Shown: one piece after another, positions 18,335-29,031 of the stretch
How the letters are laid out: the number at the start of each line of letters is the position of its first letter
Numbering within the stretch: position 1 is the first letter of the stretch
Assembly (NCBI GenBank): GCA_036339465.1
Contig: JAYZAY010000032.1
Coordinates: forward strand, 1-34,998
Source of the DNA: Myxococcota bacterium
GTDB taxonomy: Bacteria; Myxococcota; XYA12-FULL-58-9; JABJBS01
Direction: 5' to 3'
Length of the DNA stretch: 34,998 nucleotides
Position numbers and translations under genes: made by a program
Notes under the pieces: generated by a model
Database searches by the model: none
What the model was told of the DNA's origin: nothing
What the model saw: only the letters and a program-made list of their open reading frames with translations

Positions 18335-19960
18335 TTAGTCTGAATCCCGAAGAACCATATGCCAAAGAAGATCGCTCAACATTGGGCGCCGGTTCTCTTT
18401 GGTGGTCATCATCAGAAGCTTGGTAATCTTAAGGTTTTCGGAATCAGTATAAAGAAGGATCAGCATTTCCCGAATAAAATGTGTGTTCAACGTAACGTAG
18501 TTATCGGTCCCCACCCCCAAACGGAGCCCTTTCTTTTCCCACCATGAAAATGGGTGGTCTTTGTAATCTACAAAATTTTCTGTGAGTTTTTTGTTGGAAG
18601 ACGGGAGCGCAACCAATGAAATATTCTTGTGAATCATGCGATTTAAGACATCATGCTGATACCTTTCTATTTCCAATGCAGTTCGAAATTTAGCTTTGCT
18701 AAAGGCCGTTTGTTGAGACACCGTAAGGGGTTTACCTTGAATCAAAAGTTCGGGAACCTCACTGTCGTGTTTCCATACCATGTCCGAGATTTCGTCATAA
18801 TCGCGCGTACCCTCTGTCAGGGCAATGGACTTTTCATTATTGTCCGAAACCCGTTGATAGAGCGAATGGAAATAGTAGTTGGGATTAATTCCCAGGGAGA
18901 GACCATGCTCCAAGTTATCGATATCCCAAATATTCATGGCGTTATCCACCGCCTGAATCCCCTTGGAAAGGGTCTTCCAAACCTCACCGTGGTGGGAGCG
19001 AATTTGGAAGCCACGACGCTGTAATCGCCTAAATCCGGGCTGCATATCGCGAAAGTGGTCTTTGCGAAAGAGATTCCGCTCATTGCCTACGGTGTCCACC
19101 TCATTGAGGTTGGCAGCCAATTCTGGATGCTCATCGATCAGGGCCAACAAGTCGGTGACACTCTGATCGAATGCCTCTTTCTTGCTGCCAAATCGACTCT
19201 TGTCAAAATAAGACGCCTCCTTACGAAAACTCGGTGAAAGACTAAAATCGAAATCACCCACTTCCTGCTTAAAGCTATTGAATCCCTCAAATAACCCCTG
19301 CACCACCTCCCTAGACGGGGTTACTTTGATACGAGGATCTGCTGCCACCCGGGCGAAAGTGAACTTGAGCTTTAAATTGCCCACATTATAGTGGGTATAG
19401 AGAGTGCGAGCCATATGGTAAGCGGCCTTGCGGTGCGCCTCACCATCCTTCAGAACCATCGCCGGTAATTCGAGAACCCGCAAATATCGGTCGAAAAGAT
19501 CATCATCTCGTAAACGAATGAGCTGATCGAGCTCTTGGGCACTGGTGATTTCTTGAGGACCAAAGATGTCATCAATTCTCTGCTGGTAGGCTTCACCATG
19601 CTCACCACTAAGAACATCTTGGAACCCCTCAAAAAGAAAGTCGGCAGTCAGAGAACCCGTAAGGTGAATGTGCTCTTCATGATACTTCAGAGGAAACCCA
19701 GAAAAGAATGATTCGATGGCAGTGCTGACCTGGTGCTCTAAAAGCGTTTCGATGGATACCGTCCCAAACTGATACTCTAGAATAAGCTGTCTAAATTCAG
19801 AAACAAGGTTAATCACCTTCAGTGAGTTTTTGACCTCGGGTGCTTTGCAAAGAAGCTCTAGGGTGTCGACGATGTTGATACCGTTGGTCTCGGCTACGGT
19901 TCTCGTAAAAGCACGGCTAATCTCATTGATTAGAATCTCATCACGTCGCGCCGCGTTCAC
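18335..19960 (-). CDS. Adenosine/AMP deaminase-superfamily metallohydrolase with large insertions
   Basis: EHIHLTGS (HxH), SHHGE, LEHG, LPSSN, HPF and GTDN motifs; start placed at GTG 19960 behind GAGG rather than the track TTG at 20047. Confidence 0.85.
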   Translation of the reverse strand: MNAARRDEILINEISRAFTRTVAETNGINIVDTLELLCKAPEVKNSLKVINLVSEFRQLILEYQFGTVSIETLLEHQVSTAIESFFSGFPLKYHEEHIHLTGSLTADFLFEGFQDVLSGEHGEAYQQRIDDIFGPQEITSAQELDQLIRLRDDDLFDRYLRVLELPAMVLKDGEAHRKAAYHMARTLYTHYNVGNLKLKFTFARVAADPRIKVTPSREVVQGLFEGFNSFKQEVGDFDFSLSPSFRKEASYFDKSRFGSKKEAFDQSVTDLLALIDEHPELAANLNEVDTVGNERNLFRKDHFRDMQPGFRRLQRRGFQIRSHHGEVWKTLSKGIQAVDNAMNIWDIDNLEHGLSLGINPNYYFHSLYQRVSDNNEKSIALTEGTRDYDEISDMVWKHDSEVPELLIQGKPLTVSQQTAFSKAKFRTALEIERYQHDVLNRMIHKNISLVALPSSNKKLTENFVDYKDHPFSWWEKKGLRLGVGTDNYVTLNTHFIREMLILLYTDSENLKITKLLMMTTKENRRPMLSDLLWHMVLRDSD

Positions 19961-20353
19961 AACTTTCCTCGCGTTCCTAACCTTAGGGCTCCTCCGAACA
20001 TAGCGCAGCCCATCCCAGAAACAAAGGCTAAGTCCATTTTCCCGCAACGAAAATCTTATGGCCCGACAAATCTCGCACCACTGACTCGCTCCATTGCCGA
20101 AATACCCATAAAATCATATTTAATAGCCGTCCTCATTTCAACTAAATGGATGCTCCACAGGAACGTCTCAGCACAATCAAAGAAATATCCCACATCTTAT
20201 CGGTGGACGACCTCGGTAACGATGGAGAACAAAAGCCAAAAAAAAATCGTGGGTTGGTCATCAAGCAACCACGCCAAAAGACGACCTTTAGAACCCATCG
20301 ACGAGCCCATTATTCCCTTGATGGTTGACCCTAAGGATGCCATCATTTTCCTT

Positions 20354-22576
20354 ATGAACAAGTTTAGGCTGTTCTCAATGATACTGGCCCTCGTGGTTTT
20401 TCTCGTCAATCTTCAAGCCTGTAAGAGCGAACGAGGAAATACCACCACAGCAGAAGCAAAAACGGTGAGTCATCCCTACATGTATCTCACCGCCGACCGC
20501 CGCGACACGATCCTCGAAAACATTCAAACCGAACCCATGGCCACTATTTACACCAAGCTCCAAGCCACCGCAGCCAAAAAACTCGTCACCATCGACACCA
20601 CCGACTGGGTGGCCGACGACCACGGAGACAACGGCGCAATTGCGGTGACCAATGCTTTCTTGGCTTGGCTAAACAATGATGAATCCGCCGCCAGCTACGC
20701 CCTCGGTGCCATGGAACTCTTGGAAAGCAACTGGGACGACCACACCGGTTGGGGCATCAATATCCACATGCCCGGACCGCTGATCCAATACACCGCAGCC
20801 TGGGATTTCCTTATGGCTACCTCCTTTTTCCCTGCTGACAAAGCCAAAGCCATCGAAGAAAAACTCACCAGCATCACCGAACAGTTTTACAACGAATATC
20901 TCCTCAACGAAGCCACCCGGGAACTGTCCATCGGCGTGGCCCAAAATAATCACCCCATTCGAACCGCAGCGGCCATCGGTTTCGTGGGTCTCGCCTTCCA
21001 AAACCATCCCCAGGCAAAAACCTGGCTGGATTGGGCCGTAAGTGAACTGGACTACCTCATGGGACCAAACGGTCAATATGTCCAACCCGATGGTGCTATC
21101 TCTGAAGGTCCCTTTTATTTCGATTTCGGATTTGCGCCTACAATCCCCTTCTACATCGCCCTAGAAAACAAAGAGTCACCCGATAGAATTTACAACCGCA
21201 ACTGCCTCAATCGATCCGATATCGATCCCTGGGAAGGGCATGGATGCGTGGAAGGCGAAGAGTTCAAATTCACCAACCCCATGTACACCGAGCGGTTTCG
21301 AAATATCCTAGATTGGTCCCTTTCCCTTCGACTCCCCAACGGAAATCGGGCGCCCATCGCCGACGCCCCCCTCAGAAATCAATCCGCTCAAGCCATCTTC
21401 ACGCATTTTGGCGCCGAAGATTATCTCTACTGGGATTGGGAAAGCAATCCCTCAGACCCCTTCAAGATCACGGGGATGTTTGATTTGACTATCTCTCACC
21501 TCGCCTACGTCGAGCCACAGCCGACAGCCCCACCGCCAACTTGGAAAAATCGGTTCTTCATCGACGGTGGTATGGCCAACTTCCGTTCGGGTTGGGAAAG
21601 CGACGACCGAGTGTTGGTGCTCATGGGAGAAAATGGTGCCGCTCGTAAAACGCTCCACGACCACGCAGATGGCACCTCCTTTGTCATGGGCGCCTACGGC
21701 GAGCTTCTCATTACAGACACCGGTTATTACAAACCCAACAAACTCCGTAACGCTGTAACCGCGGCCCCTGGCTCCCATAATATCATTCTCATCGACGGGA
21801 ATGGCGCCCCCGACAAAGGCCTCTTAAACAATTGGGGAGATGCCGATGCCTTCATTGAAAATACCATCGATGGTAAAAATATCGCCTATGCCGAATCCAG
21901 ACAAACCTACCAAAACACCCAAATCATCCGGGGGGTGACCTTCGTCCGAGAACGCTACTTTGTCATTGCCGACCAACTCACAAGCGATGACACCACCGAA
22001 AGAAAATATCAGTTCCGGCTCCATGCCTACGCCGGCAAGGATCTGGGCGGGACCGTAACTCTCGAACAATTCGGCCCCCACATTCAGCGAGAAAAAGGTT
22101 CACTCCAAGTTTATACCGCCCAGACCACCGGGGATTGCACCTTGGAAGAGCCACCCCTCAACGAAAACGCGTCTCCCCATGTGCATCGCCTAGCCGGAAG
22201 CGCACAACACCACACCGTCACTGATTCGGTCTCTTCTGGAAAATCACCCGATTTCTTAACGGTGCTCGCCCCCTATAAAACCGGTGCCACCAACGGCCAC
22301 CATGGCCCCATGACCATCACCCCCATCGCCACCACCCACGGTGCCGCATGGCAAATCACCGTCAATGGAAACACCGATATCGCGTGGATCCGGGAAAGCG
22401 GCGCCCCCACCACCCTGGTCGTCCCCTCTGGAGAAACCATCAACACCGATGGCTACTTCAGCCTGGCGGCCCTAGACAAATCCTTCGGAATTTTGAGTCG
22501 GGGCACTAAATTGGAAGTGGTTGGTAGAGTCGTTGTTTCCGCCACCACAAGCGACAGCGTCAAAGCAATGCAATAA
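20354..22576 (+). CDS. Heparinase II/III family (oligo-uronide lyase-like) lipoprotein
   Basis: Lipobox LQAC after ATG 20354; QNNH, DGAISEGPFY, FRSGW, HDHAD and HNIILIDG motifs. Confidence 0.88.
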   Translation: MNKFRLFSMILALVVFLVNLQACKSERGNTTTAEAKTVSHPYMYLTADRRDTILENIQTEPMATIYTKLQATAAKKLVTIDTTDWVADDHGDNGAIAVTNAFLAWLNNDESAASYALGAMELLESNWDDHTGWGINIHMPGPLIQYTAAWDFLMATSFFPADKAKAIEEKLTSITEQFYNEYLLNEATRELSIGVAQNNHPIRTAAAIGFVGLAFQNHPQAKTWLDWAVSELDYLMGPNGQYVQPDGAISEGPFYFDFGFAPTIPFYIALENKESPDRIYNRNCLNRSDIDPWEGHGCVEGEEFKFTNPMYTERFRNILDWSLSLRLPNGNRAPIADAPLRNQSAQAIFTHFGAEDYLYWDWESNPSDPFKITGMFDLTISHLAYVEPQPTAPPPTWKNRFFIDGGMANFRSGWESDDRVLVLMGENGAARKTLHDHADGTSFVMGAYGELLITDTGYYKPNKLRNAVTAAPGSHNIILIDGNGAPDKGLLNNWGDADAFIENTIDGKNIAYAESRQTYQNTQIIRGVTFVRERYFVIADQLTSDDTTERKYQFRLHAYAGKDLGGTVTLEQFGPHIQREKGSLQVYTAQTTGDCTLEEPPLNENASPHVHRLAGSAQHHTVTDSVSSGKSPDFLTVLAPYKTGATNGHHGPMTITPIATTHGAAWQITVNGNTDIAWIRESGAPTTLVVPSGETINTDGYFSLAALDKSFGILSRGTKLEVVGRVVVSATTSDSVKAMQ

Positions 22577-22739
22577 CTACAGATGGGTTCCCACCATCAA
22601 AACACGCGGCCGCAAGATGCCTAGAAACGCCAAATTATAGGCACAACCCTTTCCAGACACCCCGCTCACCATCAAGAATTAGCCCCATAGACGTCTTTGT
22701 CGCCTTGTTATTTCCTAGAATTCAGCTACTCTCCCAGCC

Positions 22740-22768
22740 ACTTTAAATATCAGTAACTTTAAATATCA
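22740..22768. repeat. 13-bp direct repeat (16-bp period) upstream of the carboxypeptidase gene
   Basis: ACTTTAAATATCA x2, ending 27 nt before the ATG. Confidence 0.75.
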
Positions 22769-22795
22769 TCGATCTATCAACGAGGTGTTACCCCC

Positions 22796-24292
22796 ATGAG
22801 CGCTTATCAAGAGCTGGAATCCACTTTTCGACGCATTCGACGTATTGAGGAAGTCTCGGGCATCCTGGGCTGGGACATGCAAGCAATGATGCCCTCGGGC
22901 GGAGCTGAGGGCCGGGCGGCCCAAATGGCAGAACTCAGCTTAATCTCCCACGAAATCATGACCAATCCCACCCTAGGCGCAAAACTCAACGCAGCCGCAG
23001 ATGAAGTGGCTCATGATGAAACCCTCTCTGCATCGGTGCGAGAGATGCGCCGCCGGCATCTCCACGCCAATGCCGCAGACGCGCGACTGGTGGAAGAAAT
23101 GACCACCGTGGGTATTGAATGCACCATGGAGTGGCGCGAAGCCCGTAAGGATAACGACTTTAAACGCCTCGAACCCAAACTTGCCAAGATGTTCGCATTG
23201 GTTCGAGAACTTGGCGACGCCACCGGTGCCATCCTCGGCACTTCCAGTTACGACGCCCTCATCGATCGCTTCGAACCGGGCATGCGCGCAGAGCGGATTG
23301 AAACCCTATTCGCTCCCCTGCGTAAAGAACTCCCCGAATTGATCAACGAAGTTATCGAAACACAGAAATCATGGGGCGAACTCGAATTTCCACAGGGTCC
23401 TTTCCCACCTGAAAAACAGCGTGAAATAGGCATGCAATTCATGACCGCCCTGGGGTTTGACTTTAATCATGGACGTTTGGATACCAGCCATCACCCCTTC
23501 TGCGGCGGTGTTCCCGAGGATGTTCGCATCACCACACGCTACGATGAAAAAGACTTCACCAGCGCGCTGATGGGCGTGCTTCACGAGACGGGGCATGCCC
23601 TTTACGAACGGCAATTACCCAGCGATTGGGCCAATATTCCCATGGGCGAGGCTCGAGGCATGGGGATCCATGAATCCCAATCTCTCTTCGTAGAAATGCA
23701 GATATGTCGGTCTGCGGCCTTCGTCGACTGGGTCGCCCCCCAACTCACCAAGCATTTCGGGGGCTCGGGTCCCGCTTGGAACCCAGAAAATCTTCAAAAA
23801 ATCTACCGCAAAGTCAATCGAGGGCTCATTCGGGTGGATGCCGACGAGGTCACCTACCCTTGTCATATCATTTTGCGATTTGAATTGGAACAAGCCCTCA
23901 TTTCCGGAGACCTCCAGGTTGCGGATTTGCCCGATGCGTGGAATACCAAAATGGAAAAATTTCTCGGCGTCCAACCCGACACCGATGCCATGGGATGCAT
24001 GCAAGATATCCATTGGATGGATGGAGCCGTGGGCTATTTTCCGAGCTACAGCTTAGGCGCACTTTTTGCCGCACAGCTCTATGATGCCGCAGAAACAGAT
24101 ATCGGTGGATTGGATGCACAATTCCGACAGGGTGAATTTACTCCTATCATGAAATGGTTGGGTGAAAAAATCCACAGCCAAGCCTCCCGATGGGAAACCG
24201 ACGATTTGATTCAACGGGCTACCGGTGCTCCACTCAGCGCCGAGCCATTCCTCAAGCACGTTCGAACACGCTACCTAGAAGGCCAACGCTAA
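22796..24292 (+). CDS. Carboxypeptidase Taq (peptidase family M32)
   Basis: HPF, DVRITTRY, HETGH (HEXXH), HESQ, IRVDADE and GYFPSYSLG motifs; GAGGT RBS. Confidence 0.97.
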   Translation: MSAYQELESTFRRIRRIEEVSGILGWDMQAMMPSGGAEGRAAQMAELSLISHEIMTNPTLGAKLNAAADEVAHDETLSASVREMRRRHLHANAADARLVEEMTTVGIECTMEWREARKDNDFKRLEPKLAKMFALVRELGDATGAILGTSSYDALIDRFEPGMRAERIETLFAPLRKELPELINEVIETQKSWGELEFPQGPFPPEKQREIGMQFMTALGFDFNHGRLDTSHHPFCGGVPEDVRITTRYDEKDFTSALMGVLHETGHALYERQLPSDWANIPMGEARGMGIHESQSLFVEMQICRSAAFVDWVAPQLTKHFGGSGPAWNPENLQKIYRKVNRGLIRVDADEVTYPCHIILRFELEQALISGDLQVADLPDAWNTKMEKFLGVQPDTDAMGCMQDIHWMDGAVGYFPSYSLGALFAAQLYDAAETDIGGLDAQFRQGEFTPIMKWLGEKIHSQASRWETDDLIQRATGAPLSAEPFLKHVRTRYLEGQR

Positions 24293-24326
24293 GCATTGAT
24301 GCCATCTAGGCCAGGAGAAGGATGTC

Positions 24327-24794
24327 GTGTCCGCGAGAGAATTGAATATCAATCATCTAATGGGCCTGGTATTCGTGGTGTTTTTTGTAAGCCTTGGACT
24401 TTCTGGCTACGGCTTTCTCAATGCCATCACCCACGAAACTTCCTGTCTCAAACAATCAACGGCTTCCGAATTCTCAAACTCGGTCATCATTCTTAAACGC
24501 TGTGACTCCGACGTCACCAGAGGCATCGGCACCTACGCCGTCACTTCCACCGGCTTCCCGCCCTTCGCCCTTCTTTTCTTTAATCTCTGGTTCATTTACC
24601 GGATATCGAAAAAAAACACTCTTTTTTGGGGATGGGACTACCCTCTGATGATTGGTCTGTTTTCGGCCGGAATGGCTTTATCTCTTTACAGCGGGAAACT
24701 CGGAGCAGGCACCGTTGGCACCAAAATCTGTGCAATGCTTGAGCATTGTTCAGAAAATCTGAGCGAACCTCTGAGCCCAAGCCTATCCCGGTGA
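24327..24794 (+). CDS. Hypothetical membrane protein (about 3 TM)
   Basis: Three hydrophobic segments; AGGAGAAGG upstream. Confidence 0.65.
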   Translation: MSARELNINHLMGLVFVVFFVSLGLSGYGFLNAITHETSCLKQSTASEFSNSVIILKRCDSDVTRGIGTYAVTSTGFPPFALLFFNLWFIYRISKKNTLFWGWDYPLMIGLFSAGMALSLYSGKLGAGTVGTKICAMLEHCSENLSEPLSPSLSR

Positions 24795-24815
24795 CACAAG
24801 CTCCTAAATCAGGCA

Positions 24816-27632
24816 CTAAAAGAAAGTAACAGACGTCGAAGTTTCAACCGCACCGCAGCGAACCTTGATTTCGCCAGTTCCCGCCAGGAAGCCAAAAACC
24901 ATCCCCTTAACAAACGCTTCGTCGAAGGCGAGAAAAACCGTTGGATCCGAACTCGTCCAGGTACATAAATTCGTGAAGTCTGCCGTCGATCCATCGGGAA
25001 ACACCCCGGTTGCAGAAAAATTGTAAGGTGTAAAGCGAGCAACCACGGGAGAGACCGGCGCCACCACCACCGACTCTGCCTCCATTTCCACGACTTTGAC
25101 CACCGTGGTGGTGGTAATGTCGCCCTTCTTGGCGGTTAATGTCACTTCACCCGCCCTCACCGTAGATACAGTCCCCGGAAAAAAGTCCTGATTGACAACC
25201 GTCGCAATGGTGCTGTCGGAACTTTCGAACTCCACGTCGACGGTTACCTGAAAAGAACTGCCATCATCAAAGGTCCCAAAAACCACGAAGGGCTGGAGAT
25301 AATCCACCGGAAGAGTCGGATTGGGTGGCCCAATAGTCAGGGAAGCCAAGGTTCGATTGTCGACTACCACTGCCACGGTATCCGTAATTTCTCCGTAACC
25401 TACGGTGATGGTGGTATCCCCCGCACTCACAGCCCGTACCCGACCTGCCGCATTGGGAAAACTACCCACCATGGCAATGGCATCGTCCGCCGAACTCCAA
25501 ACCCCCCAATTGGTGTAGTCGGAGAACTCGGCTGGTACCTCAATGTCAAAACTTCCGGTCGCTCCGGTTTGAAGAGAAAAACCCGCTGGGATCTTGAGTT
25601 CCTCGGGCCGAATCCCAAGGGACAAAAGTTTTGCATCCAAGACTTTGACCTCTCGACTGGCCTGGGATCCATTGATATTCGCCCGAATTGTCGTTGTGCC
25701 TCCGCCGATACCCGTCACCTTCCCTCGGCTCCCGTCCGCATTTGAGACTTGGACAATGATGGGGTCGTCGCTTGTCCAGACCGCTTCGTTGGTGACCAAT
25801 AACGTACTGCCATTGGTATAATTGGCAAATGCCTGCATATTCGAGAAACGCCCAGGAATAAGCACCATATTATCGGGCGTCGCAAAAGCGAAGGTAATCT
25901 CTGCTTCTCTGACCCTAAGCGTAGCCGTATCTTCAAATCCATCCAATTCAACCTTGATGGTGGTTTCTCCCACGCTTAAGCTCTTGGCCATACCACGTTG
26001 ACTTTCTGCATTGGAGATCATGGCCACTTCCGAATTGGAGCTAGACCACGTAGCGTCGCTGGTTAGACTACGAACCGAATTGTCCGAAAAAATAGCCACC
26101 GCGTTGTAATTCACCTGGTCTCCCAATGGAACGGCAGATATCGCCGGCATGGCTTGGACACTCACAACTTCCGCCGAGGTGACCGTAAGGTCAGCATTCA
26201 CCGAAAAATCACCATAACTTGCGGTAATGGTGGTTTCCCCTGGAAAAAGTCCCTTTACTTTGCCCGCATTGGGATAATTCGAAACGAAAGCCACATCGGG
26301 ATTGCTACTTGCCCAGGTTGCGACGTCGGTGAGGCCTCCTTGGGTATTGTCACCAAAAATTCCAAGAAGATAAAACTCCGCATCGCCACCCGAAGGGATT
26401 TCCTCGAAAGCTGTAAACAAATTCAAAGACACCAATACCGCTTCTTTAATGGTGATAGGCTGCTCTACGGTCGCATCGCTGTAGCTGATGGTCATACTCG
26501 TCGCACCTGAAGAGACCGCTTCCAGAATCATTCCCCCTTCCGGATTGCTGTGGATCGTGGCCACTGTTTCATCGGCTATGGTCCATGTTGCTAACTCGGT
26601 AACATCGAGCGCATACCCGCCCCCAAGGACCGCCGCCGCAGTCATCCCCGCCGACGTACCCGCATGAATATTAACAAATGCAGGATCCACAGTGAGCGAT
26701 TCCACATGGGCGGAAGTCACAGCCACCGTGCAAGATCCCACCACAGCTTCACTCCCCACAGAAGTTGCGCTTATGGTGGCAAAACCTTCTCCCACGGCGG
26801 TCAAGGCGCCCTTAAAACCGGCTTCGTCGGAGACCTCTAATTTCGTGGGATCGCTAGATATCCAGCTTAGAGAATCTGTGACCTCCATAAGCTCGCCCTT
26901 TTGAAACCGCCCCAATCCAAGAAGTTGATAGGTCGATCCCAAAGGCAAAACGAGATCGAAAGGAAAGACTTCAATCTCTTCAAGACCAAGCAGTTCAACG
27001 CTATAAAATCCCTCCCCTGTCAAACCGGCAAAACCCGCCTCTACTTTAGCCTCTCCAATCTCCACTCCATGAAGCTGAGGTCCTATGGAGTTGGTGCGGA
27101 TTTCAACAATAGCCGGGGTCAAAGTTTTCCATTCGCAAAGTGCGCTGATATCTCGGGCTTGGCCATCGACATAAAGACCTTTGGCCATAAGCGGGATGGA
27201 ATAATCTTTGGGAATACTCCCACTCGATGGCTCCACCGCAATACTCTTGATTTCTTCGCTGAGGTCACGAACCGTTATATCGAGTTCAACCGTTTGTCCT
27301 TCAAACGTCACCGTGAGCTTGGTGACGCCCACGGCGAGTCCCCGAACCGTGCCGGAACTTTCGAATTTCGCCGTAACCTCATGGGCCAACGCCCACTGCG
27401 CAGACCCGGTCACATCGGCGATGCGGCCGTCACTGGAGGTGGTGATGGCCCGATAACGGATCACATCGTTCACATAAAATTTATTGAGGGTTGAATCGAG
27501 ACTCAAAGTCACAGCGCGGCCGGTTTCGTCAACCCGGTCCGAGGTATCATCGGAACTGCAGTGCATCATCAAAGGAAAGACACTAAAAACAAACATCAAC
27601 CCAGTGGACCTATAAGGAAGAAAAACTCTCAT
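24816..27632 (-). CDS. Bacterial Ig-like (Big_2) repeat surface lipoprotein, Lig/invasin-like
   Basis: Ten roughly 90-aa repeats with DVT..ATWxSSxP and G.TTITA motifs; N-terminal hydrophobic stretch ending MMHC. Confidence 0.92.
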   Translation of the reverse strand: MRVFLPYRSTGLMFVFSVFPLMMHCSSDDTSDRVDETGRAVTLSLDSTLNKFYVNDVIRYRAITTSSDGRIADVTGSAQWALAHEVTAKFESSGTVRGLAVGVTKLTVTFEGQTVELDITVRDLSEEIKSIAVEPSSGSIPKDYSIPLMAKGLYVDGQARDISALCEWKTLTPAIVEIRTNSIGPQLHGVEIGEAKVEAGFAGLTGEGFYSVELLGLEEIEVFPFDLVLPLGSTYQLLGLGRFQKGELMEVTDSLSWISSDPTKLEVSDEAGFKGALTAVGEGFATISATSVGSEAVVGSCTVAVTSAHVESLTVDPAFVNIHAGTSAGMTAAAVLGGGYALDVTELATWTIADETVATIHSNPEGGMILEAVSSGATSMTISYSDATVEQPITIKEAVLVSLNLFTAFEEIPSGGDAEFYLLGIFGDNTQGGLTDVATWASSNPDVAFVSNYPNAGKVKGLFPGETTITASYGDFSVNADLTVTSAEVVSVQAMPAISAVPLGDQVNYNAVAIFSDNSVRSLTSDATWSSSNSEVAMISNAESQRGMAKSLSVGETTIKVELDGFEDTATLRVREAEITFAFATPDNMVLIPGRFSNMQAFANYTNGSTLLVTNEAVWTSDDPIIVQVSNADGSRGKVTGIGGGTTTIRANINGSQASREVKVLDAKLLSLGIRPEELKIPAGFSLQTGATGSFDIEVPAEFSDYTNWGVWSSADDAIAMVGSFPNAAGRVRAVSAGDTTITVGYGEITDTVAVVVDNRTLASLTIGPPNPTLPVDYLQPFVVFGTFDDGSSFQVTVDVEFESSDSTIATVVNQDFFPGTVSTVRAGEVTLTAKKGDITTTTVVKVVEMEAESVVVAPVSPVVARFTPYNFSATGVFPDGSTADFTNLCTWTSSDPTVFLAFDEAFVKGMVFGFLAGTGEIKVRCGAVETSTSVTFF

Positions 27633-28000
27633 AAACCGCCCCCACAGCCTTCCCTGCCTAGGCCGCCATCACCTAGGAAAAAAAGCATGACATGTGACTC
27701 AACTTACCCAAACATCATCTCTTCGCTAGGCCACATCTTCATATTGAGTCAGCCGCCGTCTTTGAACAAGGATCATATCCCTAGGAAATCACCAATCAAA
27801 GCCCAACACTCCAGAGGCCGCATAAATCAGAGAAACAACAAGCGTTCATTGTGCAGCCCCTCACTGACTTATCATTCCGTAGGACCCAATGCATCTAGAA
27901 TCCTCGATTCCTCCAAACACCGATCATCTGAAGCTCAACATATCGCCACCATTGCGTTTTAGGGATTGTGTGGCAAAGAAAAAACCATCATTGCAAAACA

Positions 28001-28798
28001 ATGTCACCAAAACCTAAACCACCCATCAGGGTCAAACTCAGCGATTTAAACAAGCCCCATTTTCCCGCCCTAGAGAAGTTCTCCACCAGCCTCAGAAACA
28101 ACGGTTTCGCAATCGTCCAAATCGACCAAAACAACGAGACCAAACTCCTCCGTCAATCCCTAACCCACTGCCAAGATATGGGCGAGTTCCGCTTTCCACC
28201 CATTGGAGAGCCGGCCGAATACGAAAAACTCCATAAAGCCTGTTTTAGAGTCCTCTTCAAAATTACGCGTCAATGTCTGAAAGCACTGCTCACCAATCAT
28301 GATGAGTTTAGATCCGACCATCCACTCCTTGAAACCCTAGCCGAATCATTTTCCGACAGATATCGACTTTTCGGCCACGACGGCAAAGACAATTACCCTT
28401 TTTCAAATGACCAAACAGCCTTCGCTCCATCCTTCTTCAATATATTTCATTATGACCATGGCCTCCTCAACACCCACAAGGACCGCTGTCTGGTAACGGC
28501 GATATTCGTCAACCAAGACGCAAATGCGACAAGTCCCAGGAGCGCTCTATGGGTTAAGGGGCTAAGCGGCGACTGGGTCAATACGGACGCTTTAGTCCAA
28601 GAAGACGAGGTGCTGATTCTTCTCGGTGAAGAATTTCAAACCCTTGCAAACTCCGCCGGGGTCCCACTTTGGGCCGCTGAGCATTGTATTCGGGTCGACC
28701 CCTTCGGACTCGACATCGAGCGCGCCCATCACCGCCCCGACCCTGCGACACCTAAAACAGGCAACCGCATGAGTGCGGCCTTGATACTTAGTGCATAG
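28001..28798 (+). CDS. 2-oxoglutarate/Fe(II)-dependent oxygenase superfamily protein
   Basis: GFAIV N-terminal motif, THKD (HxD), distal His in AAEHCIR and RMS (RxS); ATG 28001 preferred. Confidence 0.82.
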   Translation: MSPKPKPPIRVKLSDLNKPHFPALEKFSTSLRNNGFAIVQIDQNNETKLLRQSLTHCQDMGEFRFPPIGEPAEYEKLHKACFRVLFKITRQCLKALLTNHDEFRSDHPLLETLAESFSDRYRLFGHDGKDNYPFSNDQTAFAPSFFNIFHYDHGLLNTHKDRCLVTAIFVNQDANATSPRSALWVKGLSGDWVNTDALVQEDEVLILLGEEFQTLANSAGVPLWAAEHCIRVDPFGLDIERAHHRPDPATPKTGNRMSAALILSA

Positions 28799-29031
28799 TT
28801 ACCCACAAGCCAACCAGAGCAGGCCACCCCACCGACTCTCTCGGATTGAGGGTTGGCGAAACCAAATCAGATGAGAATACCATAAGCTGGCTAGACAACC
28901 GGCTCTATCTCATAAAATAGCCTTCATAAGCCATCGAGATTTCCCAACCAGGCTTCATCACTGAGAAGAAACTTGACCCCCAAAAAGCCATGCCCCGCCC
29001 CCTACGTAGCTCCTCTAGTGAATTGGTCGCT

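Noticed and set aside
16347..20047. Complete RADAR system (AAA+ ATPase plus deaminase)
   Set aside because: The adjacent ATPase is a clear sigma54 activator, not RdrA, and is separated by about 370 bp
20150..20353. N-terminal extension of the heparinase-like ORF in the track
   Set aside because: The signal peptide and lipobox begin at ATG 20354; the upstream part looks non-coding
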